Notes under the pieces: generated by a model
Told to the model about the DNA's origin: nothing
The model's database searches: none
Seen by the model: only the letters and a program-made list of their open reading frames with translations
Made by a program: the position numbers and the translations under genes
From: an uncultured archaeon
GTDB lineage: Archaea > Asgardarchaeota > Thorarchaeia > Thorarchaeales > Thorarchaeaceae
Length of the DNA stretch: 32,000 nt
Direction of reading: 5' to 3'
NCBI GenBank assembly: GCA_964648855.1
Contig: CAZYLT010000010.1
Coordinates: forward strand, 74,919 to 106,918
In this document: positions 17,441 through 26,607 of the stretch, piece after piece
How positions within the stretch are numbered: position 1 is the stretch's first letter
Layout of the letters: every line of letters begins with the position of its first letter

Positions 17441-18402
17441 TGATTGGACTGGCCAGCAAAGAAGCAAAGACACGAAATGAAAGGGAGCACCCCAACTCGT
17501 CTGATTATATTTGCCCATCTTGTAGATCTACTAAGATGTATGTTGATGAATCTCGCGGTGAAATTACTTGCGCTGAATGTGGCCTTGTTATTTCCGACCA
17601 CCATATCGATACTGGTCCTGAATGGCGTGCCTTCACTGCTGATGAAAAGAATTCCCGACAGCGCGTAGGAGGTCCAGTTGATTGGAGCAAATTCGATCAG
17701 GGGCTTTCCACGGTGATAAGCAGGCAGAATGTGGATGCTTCTGGCAGAAGACTATCGTCAACAAGACGAGCACAGATTCACCGATTAAGGAAGTGGCAGA
17801 TTCGTTCCAAAGTACATTCCTCTAACAAACGAAATCTCGCAGTTGCCATGACCGAGCTTCATAGGATAAGCTCCCAGTTGAGTATTCCGTACTCCATACG
17901 AGAAACATCCGCTGTAATCTATAGGAAGGCTCTACGAAAACGTTTGACGAGAGGTCGTACGATTCTAGGCATGATTGCAGCATCTCTGTACCTCGCCTGT
18001 CGAGTTCACCAAGTTCCTCGTCCCTTGGAAGAAATCACAGATATGATTCATATCACTCGAAAGGAACTCAGTCTATGTGTTCGTTTGGTGATTCGATATT
18101 TGGACCTAAAGGTGCCTCTCGCAAATCCCGTCGATTTTGTACATCGATTTGGCACTGAGCTAGGAATTCCGGGGTCGGCAAAGAAGAAGGCCATTGATAT
18201 TCTACAGCAGGCTAAGGAGGAACGTCTCACCATAGGCAAGGATCCGAAAGGCATGGCAGCAGCTGCTATTTACGTTGCAAGTATTCTCGTCGGTTCGCGG
18301 CGGACACAATTGGAGATTGCCCGTACTGCCCGAGTAACGGAAGTAACTGTGCGCAACAGGTACAAAGAAATGGTTGAAAAACTCGGAATCTCAACTTCAT
18401 AA
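17440..18402 (+). CDS. tfb: Transcription initiation factor IIB
   Basis: Zn ribbon CPSC...CAECGLV, B-reader IDTGPEWRAF, RLRKWQ, two cyclin repeats, GKDPKGMAAAAIY and TEVTVRNRYKE. Confidence 0.97.
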   Translation: MIGLASKEAKTRNEREHPNSSDYICPSCRSTKMYVDESRGEITCAECGLVISDHHIDTGPEWRAFTADEKNSRQRVGGPVDWSKFDQGLSTVISRQNVDASGRRLSSTRRAQIHRLRKWQIRSKVHSSNKRNLAVAMTELHRISSQLSIPYSIRETSAVIYRKALRKRLTRGRTILGMIAASLYLACRVHQVPRPLEEITDMIHITRKELSLCVRLVIRYLDLKVPLANPVDFVHRFGTELGIPGSAKKKAIDILQQAKEERLTIGKDPKGMAAAAIYVASILVGSRRTQLEIARTARVTEVTVRNRYKEMVEKLGISTS

Positions 18403-18518
18403 GCTCCTGATACTGTATCGGTGGTGTCCTATGTATTAACACCATATTCTTTGAAATATGGAAATCCTACATAATCTTATGTAAGCATTTTTCTTGGAAC
18501 CCCATGGTCTGAAAGAAT

Positions 18519-19352
18519 ATGTCAGAGAGTAGAGACATTCAAGGAGTCTGGTTGATGGAGCGTAAGACTGGTCGGAATCTCATCTCTAAGGCATATAGCG
18601 GCATTGAAATCGACATGGACTTGATTGCTCCGTTTCTTTCTGCCACTCATACTTTCATCGATAAAGCATCTCATGAAAACTTGAAGACAATTGATACTGA
18701 GAATAATCGCTACGTCTGGGAAGCAACGGACGACTTGCTTTTCGTCATGGTTGTTTCCAAGAGCGCTCGTTTGAGTCATATGCGATTCTTGGTAGAATAT
18801 GCTCTCAAGGAATTCATGAAAAACGAAATACCACAGGACCAGAATTTAGATAATCTCTTGAAAGGTTGGACAGGTACTTCAAAGACCTTCAAGCGTTTTG
18901 GCAACTTTGTTGATGAGCTCATAAATCAATATGAGGTCACTGACGAAGCACTCATTGCTGGAAAAGCAATGGACTGCTTAGAGGTTTACAGCCACTTGAT
19001 AAAATCCATTCTCTGCGTTGAAATCGACAATAAGACGCGAAATCGGCTCACAGATACCCTCCTTGAGAGAGCTAAAGATGTCGTTGGGAAATTTTCCTGT
19101 TTGGCTGAGGTGCCAATTGATGAGAATGGAATTGACGTTCTCTGTATTGATGTATACAACACCAGTTATCGTCAACTGAGAGACGCCCTCGAGGAACTAC
19201 TGAGAGTGGTTGCTATTGCAACAAAGGAAATCAGCCCTAAAGATGCGTTCAGAGAAATGATTTTCGAGGAAACCATGCCGTATGTGAAACGCGATATTTC
19301 CCGGTTACAAACATATGCAATTCTCGATGATGTTGTGCGATATCTATTCTAA
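18519..19352 (+). CDS. Hypothetical protein with an N-terminal longin-like domain and a helical C-terminal domain
   Basis: IQGVWLMERKTGRNLISKAY...DMDLIAPFLSATHTF...LKTIDTENNRYVW...LLFVMVV then a long helix. This is the beta-beta-alpha-beta-beta-beta-alpha pattern of longin domains common in Asgard archaea. Confidence 0.65.
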   Translation: MSESRDIQGVWLMERKTGRNLISKAYSGIEIDMDLIAPFLSATHTFIDKASHENLKTIDTENNRYVWEATDDLLFVMVVSKSARLSHMRFLVEYALKEFMKNEIPQDQNLDNLLKGWTGTSKTFKRFGNFVDELINQYEVTDEALIAGKAMDCLEVYSHLIKSILCVEIDNKTRNRLTDTLLERAKDVVGKFSCLAEVPIDENGIDVLCIDVYNTSYRQLRDALEELLRVVAIATKEISPKDAFREMIFEETMPYVKRDISRLQTYAILDDVVRYLF

Positions 19353-20692
19353 GGCCTGCCTAGCATAACGATTGATCGTTGAACTATTTGTCCCCTTTTT
19401 CGTTCGATAAGAGCGGTTCTATTTGGAATGATTTCAAGCTGTTCACTGCTTACAATCGAGTCGTGAAATGCACTATCTGGCAGCAATTTATACACAACTA
19501 GATTTGTACCCTCAAGTAGCTCATCCACCAGTACCATAACTTCACCGCTTTTTGTCTGGATGTTAGGCAGAGTCATAGCAATTCTTCCTCTTGGATTCAA
19601 TATCTTGGAGATTTCCTGAATGGCATCGCGATACAGTTCAGTAAGATCCTGGATGGTTTCGAGTGCCCTAGCCTTTTCGGGACGCTTGGTGTATATTGGT
19701 CCAAGGTCTGGTTCGAAGGCAGCCGCGTCTACCGGTGTGGTTACAGTCTTGGTGAGATTCCTGGCATTTCCGTGATAAATACGAAAATCGAGAGGCATAT
19801 TGAGATCTTGTGATAACCATCTGAGATTAGATTTGGTCCCTTCTACCGCATTTCCATCAATATCGAGACCAATGCATTTCATACCCAAAAGGGCAGCTTC
19901 CATCAGGAGAGTTCCAGTTCCACAGAAGGGATCCAACACCGTATCTCCTTCCCGTGCTCCTGATAGAGTTAGTAAGGTTCGACATAGCTTTGGACTGGTG
20001 CTGATTTCACTGGAGATATATGGTCTAGCTTCATCACGATAACGTTGCAACATTGAATCATATACTGCAACCGACTTTGCCAGATACAAATCTCTCTCGG
20101 CAATGATGGCTAGGATTTCCGCGTTTGGCGGAACGAGTAGATTATGCTTTGCTATAGCCTTTGGCCACAATGCAGTGTTTTTGCTCGCACTATCTCTCCT
20201 GTCTGGTTTTTCATAGATAATGTAGTCTACACTCTTGGCTCCCCTGTCTAGTAAGTCTTTCTTGATATACTGGTCAAGTGATCGAGTTAGTCGCTGGAGA
20301 TGGACCCTGAAACCCCTTCCAAATGGAGGATAGGTCGAAACGCCAAAGCTGATACTCTTCCTATTTGGTTTCGGCCAAATACTCTTAGTCCATTCAACTT
20401 CAGCCAGCAATTTCCGGGCTTCCCTATCGCCCTTCCCCCTGTCAGGAAAAGCATCACGAATCAAGTCAATAGTATAGGTCCGGATAAGTCGGCCGGTTTT
20501 GTAGCAACCCCCTAATTGGCTCTGTAGGTGCACAATCTGTTCATCCGTGATATTTCCGTCAATCTCCACTATCATGCCATTCCTGGTATTATCGATTACC
20601 TTAGGATTGTAGCCTTTGTCTTGAAGGAGTGTGATGACCTCTGCAATGGATAGAATCCAATTTTTTCCGAGAACAAATACGAGTCTGGTCAT
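19349..20692 (-). CDS. Trm11/TrmG10-like SAM-dependent RNA methyltransferase with an N-terminal THUMP-like region
   Basis: RP.....STSPKLCRTLLTLS..REGDTVLDPFCGTGTLLMEAALLG, GLDID, and motif IV variant FEPDLG. Confidence 0.8.
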   Translation of the reverse strand: MTRLVFVLGKNWILSIAEVITLLQDKGYNPKVIDNTRNGMIVEIDGNITDEQIVHLQSQLGGCYKTGRLIRTYTIDLIRDAFPDRGKGDREARKLLAEVEWTKSIWPKPNRKSISFGVSTYPPFGRGFRVHLQRLTRSLDQYIKKDLLDRGAKSVDYIIYEKPDRRDSASKNTALWPKAIAKHNLLVPPNAEILAIIAERDLYLAKSVAVYDSMLQRYRDEARPYISSEISTSPKLCRTLLTLSGAREGDTVLDPFCGTGTLLMEAALLGMKCIGLDIDGNAVEGTKSNLRWLSQDLNMPLDFRIYHGNARNLTKTVTTPVDAAAFEPDLGPIYTKRPEKARALETIQDLTELYRDAIQEISKILNPRGRIAMTLPNIQTKSGEVMVLVDELLEGTNLVVYKLLPDSAFHDSIVSSEQLEIIPNRTALIERKRGQIVQRSIVMLGRP

Positions 20693-21540
20693 GTTTCTGT
20701 CCCCTGTAATTTCTCAAGCAGGAATTTTGTATAGAGTGCACCATGCAAGGGATCCGGGCTCTCGGATATAATGACAGGACTATATCCAACTTCGTCTACA
20801 ACTTCCATCAGGGGAAGAATGTCGGGGCCCCACTCATCGCCAAGGGGTCTATGTGCCGCTTCACCCTTATCAGTGAATTTGATGCCACTGACATGAAAGT
20901 GCATATTATTGACGAACAGATCGCCCAGTGTATCTTCAAATCTCGTCAATATATCAAGGTAATCCTGCTTAACACCAAAATTTCCAACACGACGAGCGTG
21001 AAGATGTGCCCAATCAATGGTGGGAACAGTTCCTTCTACATCGGAACATAATCGAATTATCTCATCAACGGACCCATAAGCATTGATTTTTCCCGCAATT
21101 TCCGGAGCTAGCAATGCTCCACTACCGTTCCCTGCAACTTCCCATACCTCCTGTAGTGCATCTCTGATTACCATGTATGCCTGTTCAGGTGATAGTCCTC
21201 CATACGTGCCGGGATGAAATACAACTTTGCTAACCGCCATTAGTGGTGCAAATTCTAGGGCTTTGATCAAGCGGTCTTTCGATCTTCGCCGAGTCTTCTC
21301 ACTCTTCGAGGCAAGGCTGATGTAGTATGCTCCATGGATACTCATTGAGACATCGTACTCTTTGGCCAATTCTCCGATCCTGCTTGCTCTCTTCTTGGAG
21401 GTGCGTAAGCCATGAACTGCTGCATATTCAAGCGCATTAAGGTCAGCCTCTCTGAGAATCTCGAAAACTTTCTCAAGTTTGCCTTTGGAGCCTGATGGAT
21501 AACCCGCTGTACCAATTCGAAAATTGCTCAGTAAAATCAC
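20689..21540 (-). CDS. nfo: Endonuclease IV-like TIM-barrel protein (AP endonuclease family 2)
   Basis: FRIGTAG, SIHGAYYISLAS, VVFHPG, APEIAGK..AYGSVDE, IDWAHLHAR, HFHVSGI, HRPL and ISESP. The GTG start at 21540 overlaps the upstream stop (GTGA); its own stop overlaps the next ATG (ATGA). Confidence 0.88.
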   Translation of the reverse strand: MILLSNFRIGTAGYPSGSKGKLEKVFEILREADLNALEYAAVHGLRTSKKRASRIGELAKEYDVSMSIHGAYYISLASKSEKTRRRSKDRLIKALEFAPLMAVSKVVFHPGTYGGLSPEQAYMVIRDALQEVWEVAGNGSGALLAPEIAGKINAYGSVDEIIRLCSDVEGTVPTIDWAHLHARRVGNFGVKQDYLDILTRFEDTLGDLFVNNMHFHVSGIKFTDKGEAAHRPLGDEWGPDILPLMEVVDEVGYSPVIISESPDPLHGALYTKFLLEKLQGTET

Positions 21541-22043
21541 TTCTCCAGCGTGAACTTCCATTGGCAATATGCGTCCGCAGGGTGACTATCTGGCGGGCAA
21601 AATACGACCTCTGTTTCTATTCTTGGATCAATTGTCTTTGCAAACTTTTCGTATTCTATAACCCCTACTTGCTTGCACGGAAAATCAGTGAGTCCTTTTC
21701 TATTACGAGCAACTTGAACTCTGCATGTTTCCATAGTGAAGATCAGGGTGTCCTCGTCTATCCGGTTGATATCTTGCTTGTTCAAGGCTGCATATACCCT
21801 GAGCTTTAGAGCCTCTGCCAGCGAGTCCAACCCACCGCCTTCGGGTATATTGAATTCTCTCATAATCCGCTTGGCTTCTATGGGTGAGAAGATACGCCAA
21901 GCACTCTTGTCCATCTCTATGGCAGTTTCCATGCCATATTCACGCTCAATACTGAGAAAGTATGCACCATCCATTGCTTGCCAAGCCTTCGCATACATCT
22001 CCACGACTCTCAATAATTCCTCGCGGCTGAGCTCATCAAACAA
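21537..22043 (-). CDS. DUF6125-like protein with conserved Cys residues, likely metal- or ligand-binding
   Basis: AKAWQAMDGAYFLSIE..YG, EAKRI, TCRVQVAR.RKGL.DFPCK.VG and FCPPDSHP..AYCQWKF. Start uncertain (TTG 22043 or GTG 22052). Confidence 0.75.
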   Translation of the reverse strand: MFDELSREELLRVVEMYAKAWQAMDGAYFLSIEREYGMETAIEMDKSAWRIFSPIEAKRIMREFNIPEGGGLDSLAEALKLRVYAALNKQDINRIDEDTLIFTMETCRVQVARNRKGLTDFPCKQVGVIEYEKFAKTIDPRIETEVVFCPPDSHPADAYCQWKFTLEK

Positions 22044-22154
22044 CCCTATCACATTCCTGTATAGATTTCGTGCTTGAGATTGGCATAAGAAACATTGGGT
22101 GTAACATTGTTTCAAGCGAGATATGAACACGATTGTTGGGGCTAATTGGGGAAT

Positions 22155-22877
22155 CTATCCCGGCGTCAATAAATATGGGAGAATCGAATACCCACTAATT
22201 AACACCCCAGTGAAATTGAGATACACGTGAATGATGCCAAGGGGCCACATGCTTCCCGTTCTTCTGTACAGGAAAATGTAGCCTATTGGCATGATGAATT
22301 GGATGAGGAAAAATAGCTCGGTGAACGGGAAAACATAGCTGCTCTCCAACAGAAATTTTGCCCAGAACAATGCATGAATGAGACCTATGAGCGCGATGTA
22401 TAGGGCTCCGCCAATGAATACCATTATGGATCGTTTTCTTCCTTCTTTATAGTACTCTGCAAACGAGTCGAAAGTATAAAGCCAAATCAACTGCTCCGAG
22501 AATGCATTGACCGGCGCCCAAACAAGCAATGTCAAAGACCAACCAATGAGATTGGGATTCTCCACTCTAATCAATGTGAACCAAGAGCTGAATACAACAA
22601 CCGTTTGGAGAATGAATAGCACAAAGAATAGCGGTGTCATATAGCTCCTGAATTGGTCTACTATATTGCCGTTCTGTATGTCATAGTCTAAGCTTCCTCT
22701 ACGCCATCTGACGATTAGTATAGCAAAGAGACCGTAGTATATTGCCATAGGGACTAATGCGCCACTTAGGTCAAAAAGAAGTCCTGCCACAACAGGCATC
22801 GCAATTGCTGCAATAGATGCAAGCAATAAATCGAGTGGCTTAGGGTGATAATTCTCATAGACGTAATCAGAAGACAC
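22155..22877 (-). CDS. Polytopic membrane protein, divergent CPBP/Abi (CAAX protease-like) family
   Basis: About 7 TM segments. AFSEQLIW (degenerate EExxxR), GLIHA and YRRTGSMWPLGIIHVYLN (HxxxN). Confidence 0.6.
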   Translation of the reverse strand: MSSDYVYENYHPKPLDLLLASIAAIAMPVVAGLLFDLSGALVPMAIYYGLFAILIVRWRRGSLDYDIQNGNIVDQFRSYMTPLFFVLFILQTVVVFSSWFTLIRVENPNLIGWSLTLLVWAPVNAFSEQLIWLYTFDSFAEYYKEGRKRSIMVFIGGALYIALIGLIHALFWAKFLLESSYVFPFTELFFLIQFIMPIGYIFLYRRTGSMWPLGIIHVYLNFTGVLISGYSILPYLLTPG

Positions 22878-23014
22878 CGATTAAATCCTCCTCTCCCGTT
22901 CATTGTTGCTACTTTATAGAGGTTACTAGCCTGCTGGAGGGCTTCACTCATCCTAATAATATCTGCTCCCCGAAATCCTTAATTCAAGTTCAAAAGCCGA
23001 TACCTACTAGGGTT

Positions 23015-23956
23015 GTGACTCAGTTGTCAAATGATGCATCCGAGAAAAGAATATCCAAGTCAGGAATAGACCCAATAGCATTTCTCTCCATTATTCGTCC
23101 TCAGAACTGCATCATTGGCGGATTGACAGTTATCTCGGGAATAGCCATGTCCTATAGACTGAATCCAACTGGCGGCACCCTTCTGATTCACATAATGATG
23201 ATTGTTTTTGGATACATTACATACTTCTTTGTCGCAGCGGGCGGCAATGTGGTCAATGACATATACGATATAGAAATCGACAAAATCAATAGGCCTCACC
23301 GAGCTTTGCCTAGCGGTCGTATGACTATCAGACAGGCATGGGTCTTTGTTGTGAGTCTTAGTGCTCTGGGAATCTTCTTTGCACTGCTAAACGGAATTAT
23401 AGGTGCAATTGTGGTCGTTATCTTCTTGCTTGTAGGCTATGCATATGCATCCAAGGTAAAGGAATTGGGCATAGCTGGCAACTTTATGGTGGCATTTTCT
23501 TTTGCCTTTGGTGTAATCTACGGTTCAATCATCTACGGGGAAAATGTCGGATCGATCATGCTACCTGTGCCAATTTGGTTGTTCTTTATAACTGCGTTCA
23601 TGATTCTCCAAGCCCGCGAGACAATCAAAGGATCCGAGGACGTTGAGGGTGACAAGCTTCGTAATGTGCGTACAATAGCACGCATCTATGGATATAATGT
23701 ATCAGCTGCTGTTCAGGCAATTTTGAATATGGTCGGTGTCATATGTTATGTACTCATATGGCTCCTTGGCTTTGCCAGCTACGACCTCTGGCCTCTACTA
23801 GTCACCGGAGCTGTATTAGTTTCAGCTGCTGCAATCGTGCCACTCACTGGTCCAAAAGATGAGAAGCGCCTCATGATTGGAAGCACACTTGACAAAGTCG
23901 GCGCACTGGTTGGCCTCATAGCCTTTGTAATTATCCCTCTATATGGTGGCTTCTAG
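23015..23956 (+). CDS. Digeranylgeranylglyceryl-phosphate (DGGGP) synthase, UbiA prenyltransferase family
   Basis: IIRPQNC, GNVVNDIYDIEIDKINRPHRALPSG and ARETIKGSEDVEGD; multiple TM helices. Confidence 0.88.
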   Translation: MTQLSNDASEKRISKSGIDPIAFLSIIRPQNCIIGGLTVISGIAMSYRLNPTGGTLLIHIMMIVFGYITYFFVAAGGNVVNDIYDIEIDKINRPHRALPSGRMTIRQAWVFVVSLSALGIFFALLNGIIGAIVVVIFLLVGYAYASKVKELGIAGNFMVAFSFAFGVIYGSIIYGENVGSIMLPVPIWLFFITAFMILQARETIKGSEDVEGDKLRNVRTIARIYGYNVSAAVQAILNMVGVICYVLIWLLGFASYDLWPLLVTGAVLVSAAAIVPLTGPKDEKRLMIGSTLDKVGALVGLIAFVIIPLYGGF

Positions 23957-23959
23957 CAA

Positions 23960-24769
23960 CTAGTGGGCTTGCCAGAATGTCCAAGTCAAAACTAACATAC
24001 ATGCTATAGCCACGATTGTCGCCCATCCTGTCGATGTATTATGCGCCTCTCTGATTCCAAATATCAATAGGAATCCCACCCAAACAAAAGAGGCTGTGGT
24101 GAGGTAATCAATGATCAGCCACATATCTGATTGGAATATAGAGTTGATAATTTCGGGGCCTGGCGTCGCTCCGAGTGTGTATGTTGGCATCACTATGAAT
24201 ACGTACAATAAGGCAACAAGACGAAATAGTAGTAGAGGTAGCATGCTATACCCGACAACTGCAGCCGTCTTTCCCTTTCTTCCCAGACCTCCAGTCACCT
24301 TAAATGCTAGGTGTGCAAAGGCCGTCCCTACAACGAGATAGACAATGCCTAGGATGGTATTTGGAAGAATAGATAGTAATCCAGTTATCAGAAACTCGAA
24401 GCCTGCAGGGGCAAGAAGTACGCTCACTGTAGCAGTCTGTCCTGTGGTTGCATTCACAATCACTGTAGTAGTAAACTTCGAAGATATCGTCAAGAAAAAT
24501 CCGGCAAGAATAAGCGCGTTTGCCAATATCACAACAAACGGCCCGAAATAATCAGGTCTTTGTGCGATGTCTCTGTATGCCGCATTTGGTCTCCTTAATA
24601 CACCCCATAATCTCTCTGCTGTACTTAGAACTCTGACATCTGGGGCTGCCGGTCTCTTAAGCATCGGCAGTACTCGTTCCAGTGTTTCCTCTGCAATATC
24701 CTCTCCACAGACCGGACATACGGTTGCATCTGCGGCTACGGGTGACTCGCAGAATTCACATCGTCGCAC
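23960..24769 (-). CDS. Zinc-ribbon + Yip1-family membrane protein
   Basis: N-terminal CEFC...CPVCG, then GVLRRPNAAYRDI and five TM segments including AHLAFKVTGG, VVGYSMLP and LLIFGIREAH. Confidence 0.78.
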   Translation of the reverse strand: MRRCEFCESPVAADATVCPVCGEDIAEETLERVLPMLKRPAAPDVRVLSTAERLWGVLRRPNAAYRDIAQRPDYFGPFVVILANALILAGFFLTISSKFTTTVIVNATTGQTATVSVLLAPAGFEFLITGLLSILPNTILGIVYLVVGTAFAHLAFKVTGGLGRKGKTAAVVGYSMLPLLLFRLVALLYVFIVMPTYTLGATPGPEIINSIFQSDMWLIIDYLTTASFVWVGFLLIFGIREAHNTSTGWATIVAIACMLVLTWTFWQAH

Positions 24770-24860
24770 TATTCTTCCTCCATCTCAGAGAGGTTTACGT
24801 ATGCCGCTATCTCTCGACGTTGGTATTTAAGCTGTTTCTGCTTGTGTTAACAGATCCATC

Positions 24861-25613
24861 TCACCATAATTTGAAATTATCATAGACTGATGTTGGGTAC
24901 ACCACAATATAGGGTATCAAAGCATCAAAGAAAGATGTTGAAATATTCAGAACAATGGTATAGATGATGATGAAGTTGATATCAGTTACACCATATAATG
25001 TCGGGACAACAGAAAGATTCACCGGAATTGTTATAGCAAGCCGAACAAAAAGGGCCAAAATCATCATTAGCACAAAGAATTTTGGCTTCGAGAGAATGCG
25101 GCCTGCCGCTTTTGTGTCGGTTTCTTCCTGCGAGTCCTGAAGAGAAGGGTCCCCCCTCGACCTCCACTGCACGAATTTCGTTCCCAGCCATGGAATCACT
25201 ATCATTGGGAGTGTAGCCAATAGCTTCACTAATGGACCAACTGGTGCAAAAGGGTCGAAAAAGTTTAGCAAGAGTATACCAGCACTCATACTAACCAACC
25301 CTACCCATATGCCTCCTACTAGAAATGCTATAATCCAGAAGATAGAAGTGGGGTCAAACAGTGCGATGCCCCAACTTAATCGTGGGACATATGCCGCAGT
25401 TGGCGTGACCGCAATAGATAGTGCGGCAAGAAGCGCAGCAACAACAACTCTCTTTGCTATCTCATGCGCATCATCAGAATATGGCAGAACCCAATCATTG
25501 TCTGAATCTTCTTGGGACGCTTGCTCTGTTGTCGTGGATTTTCTGCTATCTTGCATGGATGGAGTCAAGCCACTCCACTTAATAATCTTACTCATATATG
25601 ACATTTTACTCAA
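24861..25613 (-). CDS. Membrane protein resembling an ECF transporter S component
   Basis: AKRVVVAALLAALS (AxxxA in TM1), LFDPTSI..IIAFLVGG..VG; six TM segments. Start uncertain. Confidence 0.65.
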   Translation of the reverse strand: MSKMSYMSKIIKWSGLTPSMQDSRKSTTTEQASQEDSDNDWVLPYSDDAHEIAKRVVVAALLAALSIAVTPTAAYVPRLSWGIALFDPTSIFWIIAFLVGGIWVGLVSMSAGILLLNFFDPFAPVGPLVKLLATLPMIVIPWLGTKFVQWRSRGDPSLQDSQEETDTKAAGRILSKPKFFVLMMILALFVRLAITIPVNLSVVPTLYGVTDINFIIIYTIVLNISTSFFDALIPYIVVYPTSVYDNFKLW

Positions 25614-25629
25614 TTATGAGTAAATCCCG

Positions 25630-26127
25630 TCAGGGGTTGGAATCGAGTAATCGTTGAACCTTATTGTGTACGGATTCCTCCGTCTTTCTAACTCTGGTTC
25701 TTGAAATCATCTGCAACAGCTTGCGCGTTGGTTGGAGCCAGTCTGGATTTATTCTCCATTCCGCCCAATCCATCCCGGTGTGCAATGAAGTTCGGCTAAT
25801 AATTAACCTTGATTGTACCAGTTCGTTGAAACCATTGAGAATTGTACCAATTGTGACTGCACCTACAACCGACCGAACCTGTCGTGCTGCATGAAGCAAG
25901 TCCGTGGTGGAAACCCAGGAACCGTCTTGGATTAGAATGGTGAGAATTTTTGACCTAGCTGGGTCTGACTCTAGTGCGCCTTTTAGAGGTGCTAGATTGA
26001 TCGTGCTTCGTCTGGAAGGTGGATGTTCACTTCTCTCCCAAGGCTTGTTTTCACACCCGTTCCGTATTGTATTAAAATCCAATATATTCTCACCAATCAT
26101 ACGGTGGAGTGTGCTCTTTTGAAACAA
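25630..26127 (-). CDS. Hypothetical protein, probable winged-helix domain
   Basis: ALESDPARSKILTIL...WVSTTDLL...VTIGTIL...EWRINPDW resembles an ArsR-like wHTH. Start uncertain. Confidence 0.55.
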   Translation of the reverse strand: MFQKSTLHRMIGENILDFNTIRNGCENKPWERSEHPPSRRSTINLAPLKGALESDPARSKILTILIQDGSWVSTTDLLHAARQVRSVVGAVTIGTILNGFNELVQSRLIISRTSLHTGMDWAEWRINPDWLQPTRKLLQMISRTRVRKTEESVHNKVQRLLDSNP

Positions 26128-26207
26128 AGTATTATGTTCCGAACGGCTGTGCTAAATCATTGCACAACCCTTATCTTAACACACTGTCGAATATAGACAG
26201 ATGAAAA

Positions 26208-26588
26208 ATGAGAACTAGAAATCAGCTGGAGGGTCTTTTCAACAAGGGATTTAGCAGACCGTCAGACTTGCTCTGCTGTGCATTTGGTCTCCGAAGTAGT
26301 GAAATTGATGCCTATTTCTCACTGTTGTCTGAAGCAGAAACTGTTGAAGAAGTCGCATCAAAAATCGATCGTGACAGGAGTACCACTCAAAAAATCCTGG
26401 GCGAACTTCTCAAAAAGAGACTGGTCACACGTGATACTAGGTACTTCGACAGGGGTGGCTACTATTATGTGTACAAGGCGGTCTCGACAGCTGAAGTGAG
26501 GAAAGCAATTCTCAAACAGCTAGATGAATGGTACGAGGAAACCAGAAGATTCTTGTTGGAATCATGGTCCGAGCAGCCTGAAGAATAG
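26208..26588 (+). CDS. Archaeal HTH transcriptional regulator (TrmB-like, COG3355-type)
   Basis: DLLCCAFGLRSSEIDAYFSLL, TVEEVASKIDRDRSTTQKILGELL..RLV and GGYYYVY. Confidence 0.85.
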   Translation: MRTRNQLEGLFNKGFSRPSDLLCCAFGLRSSEIDAYFSLLSEAETVEEVASKIDRDRSTTQKILGELLKKRLVTRDTRYFDRGGYYYVYKAVSTAEVRKAILKQLDEWYEETRRFLLESWSEQPEE

Positions 26589-26607
26589 AAGGTTCGACGA
26601 GGACAAT

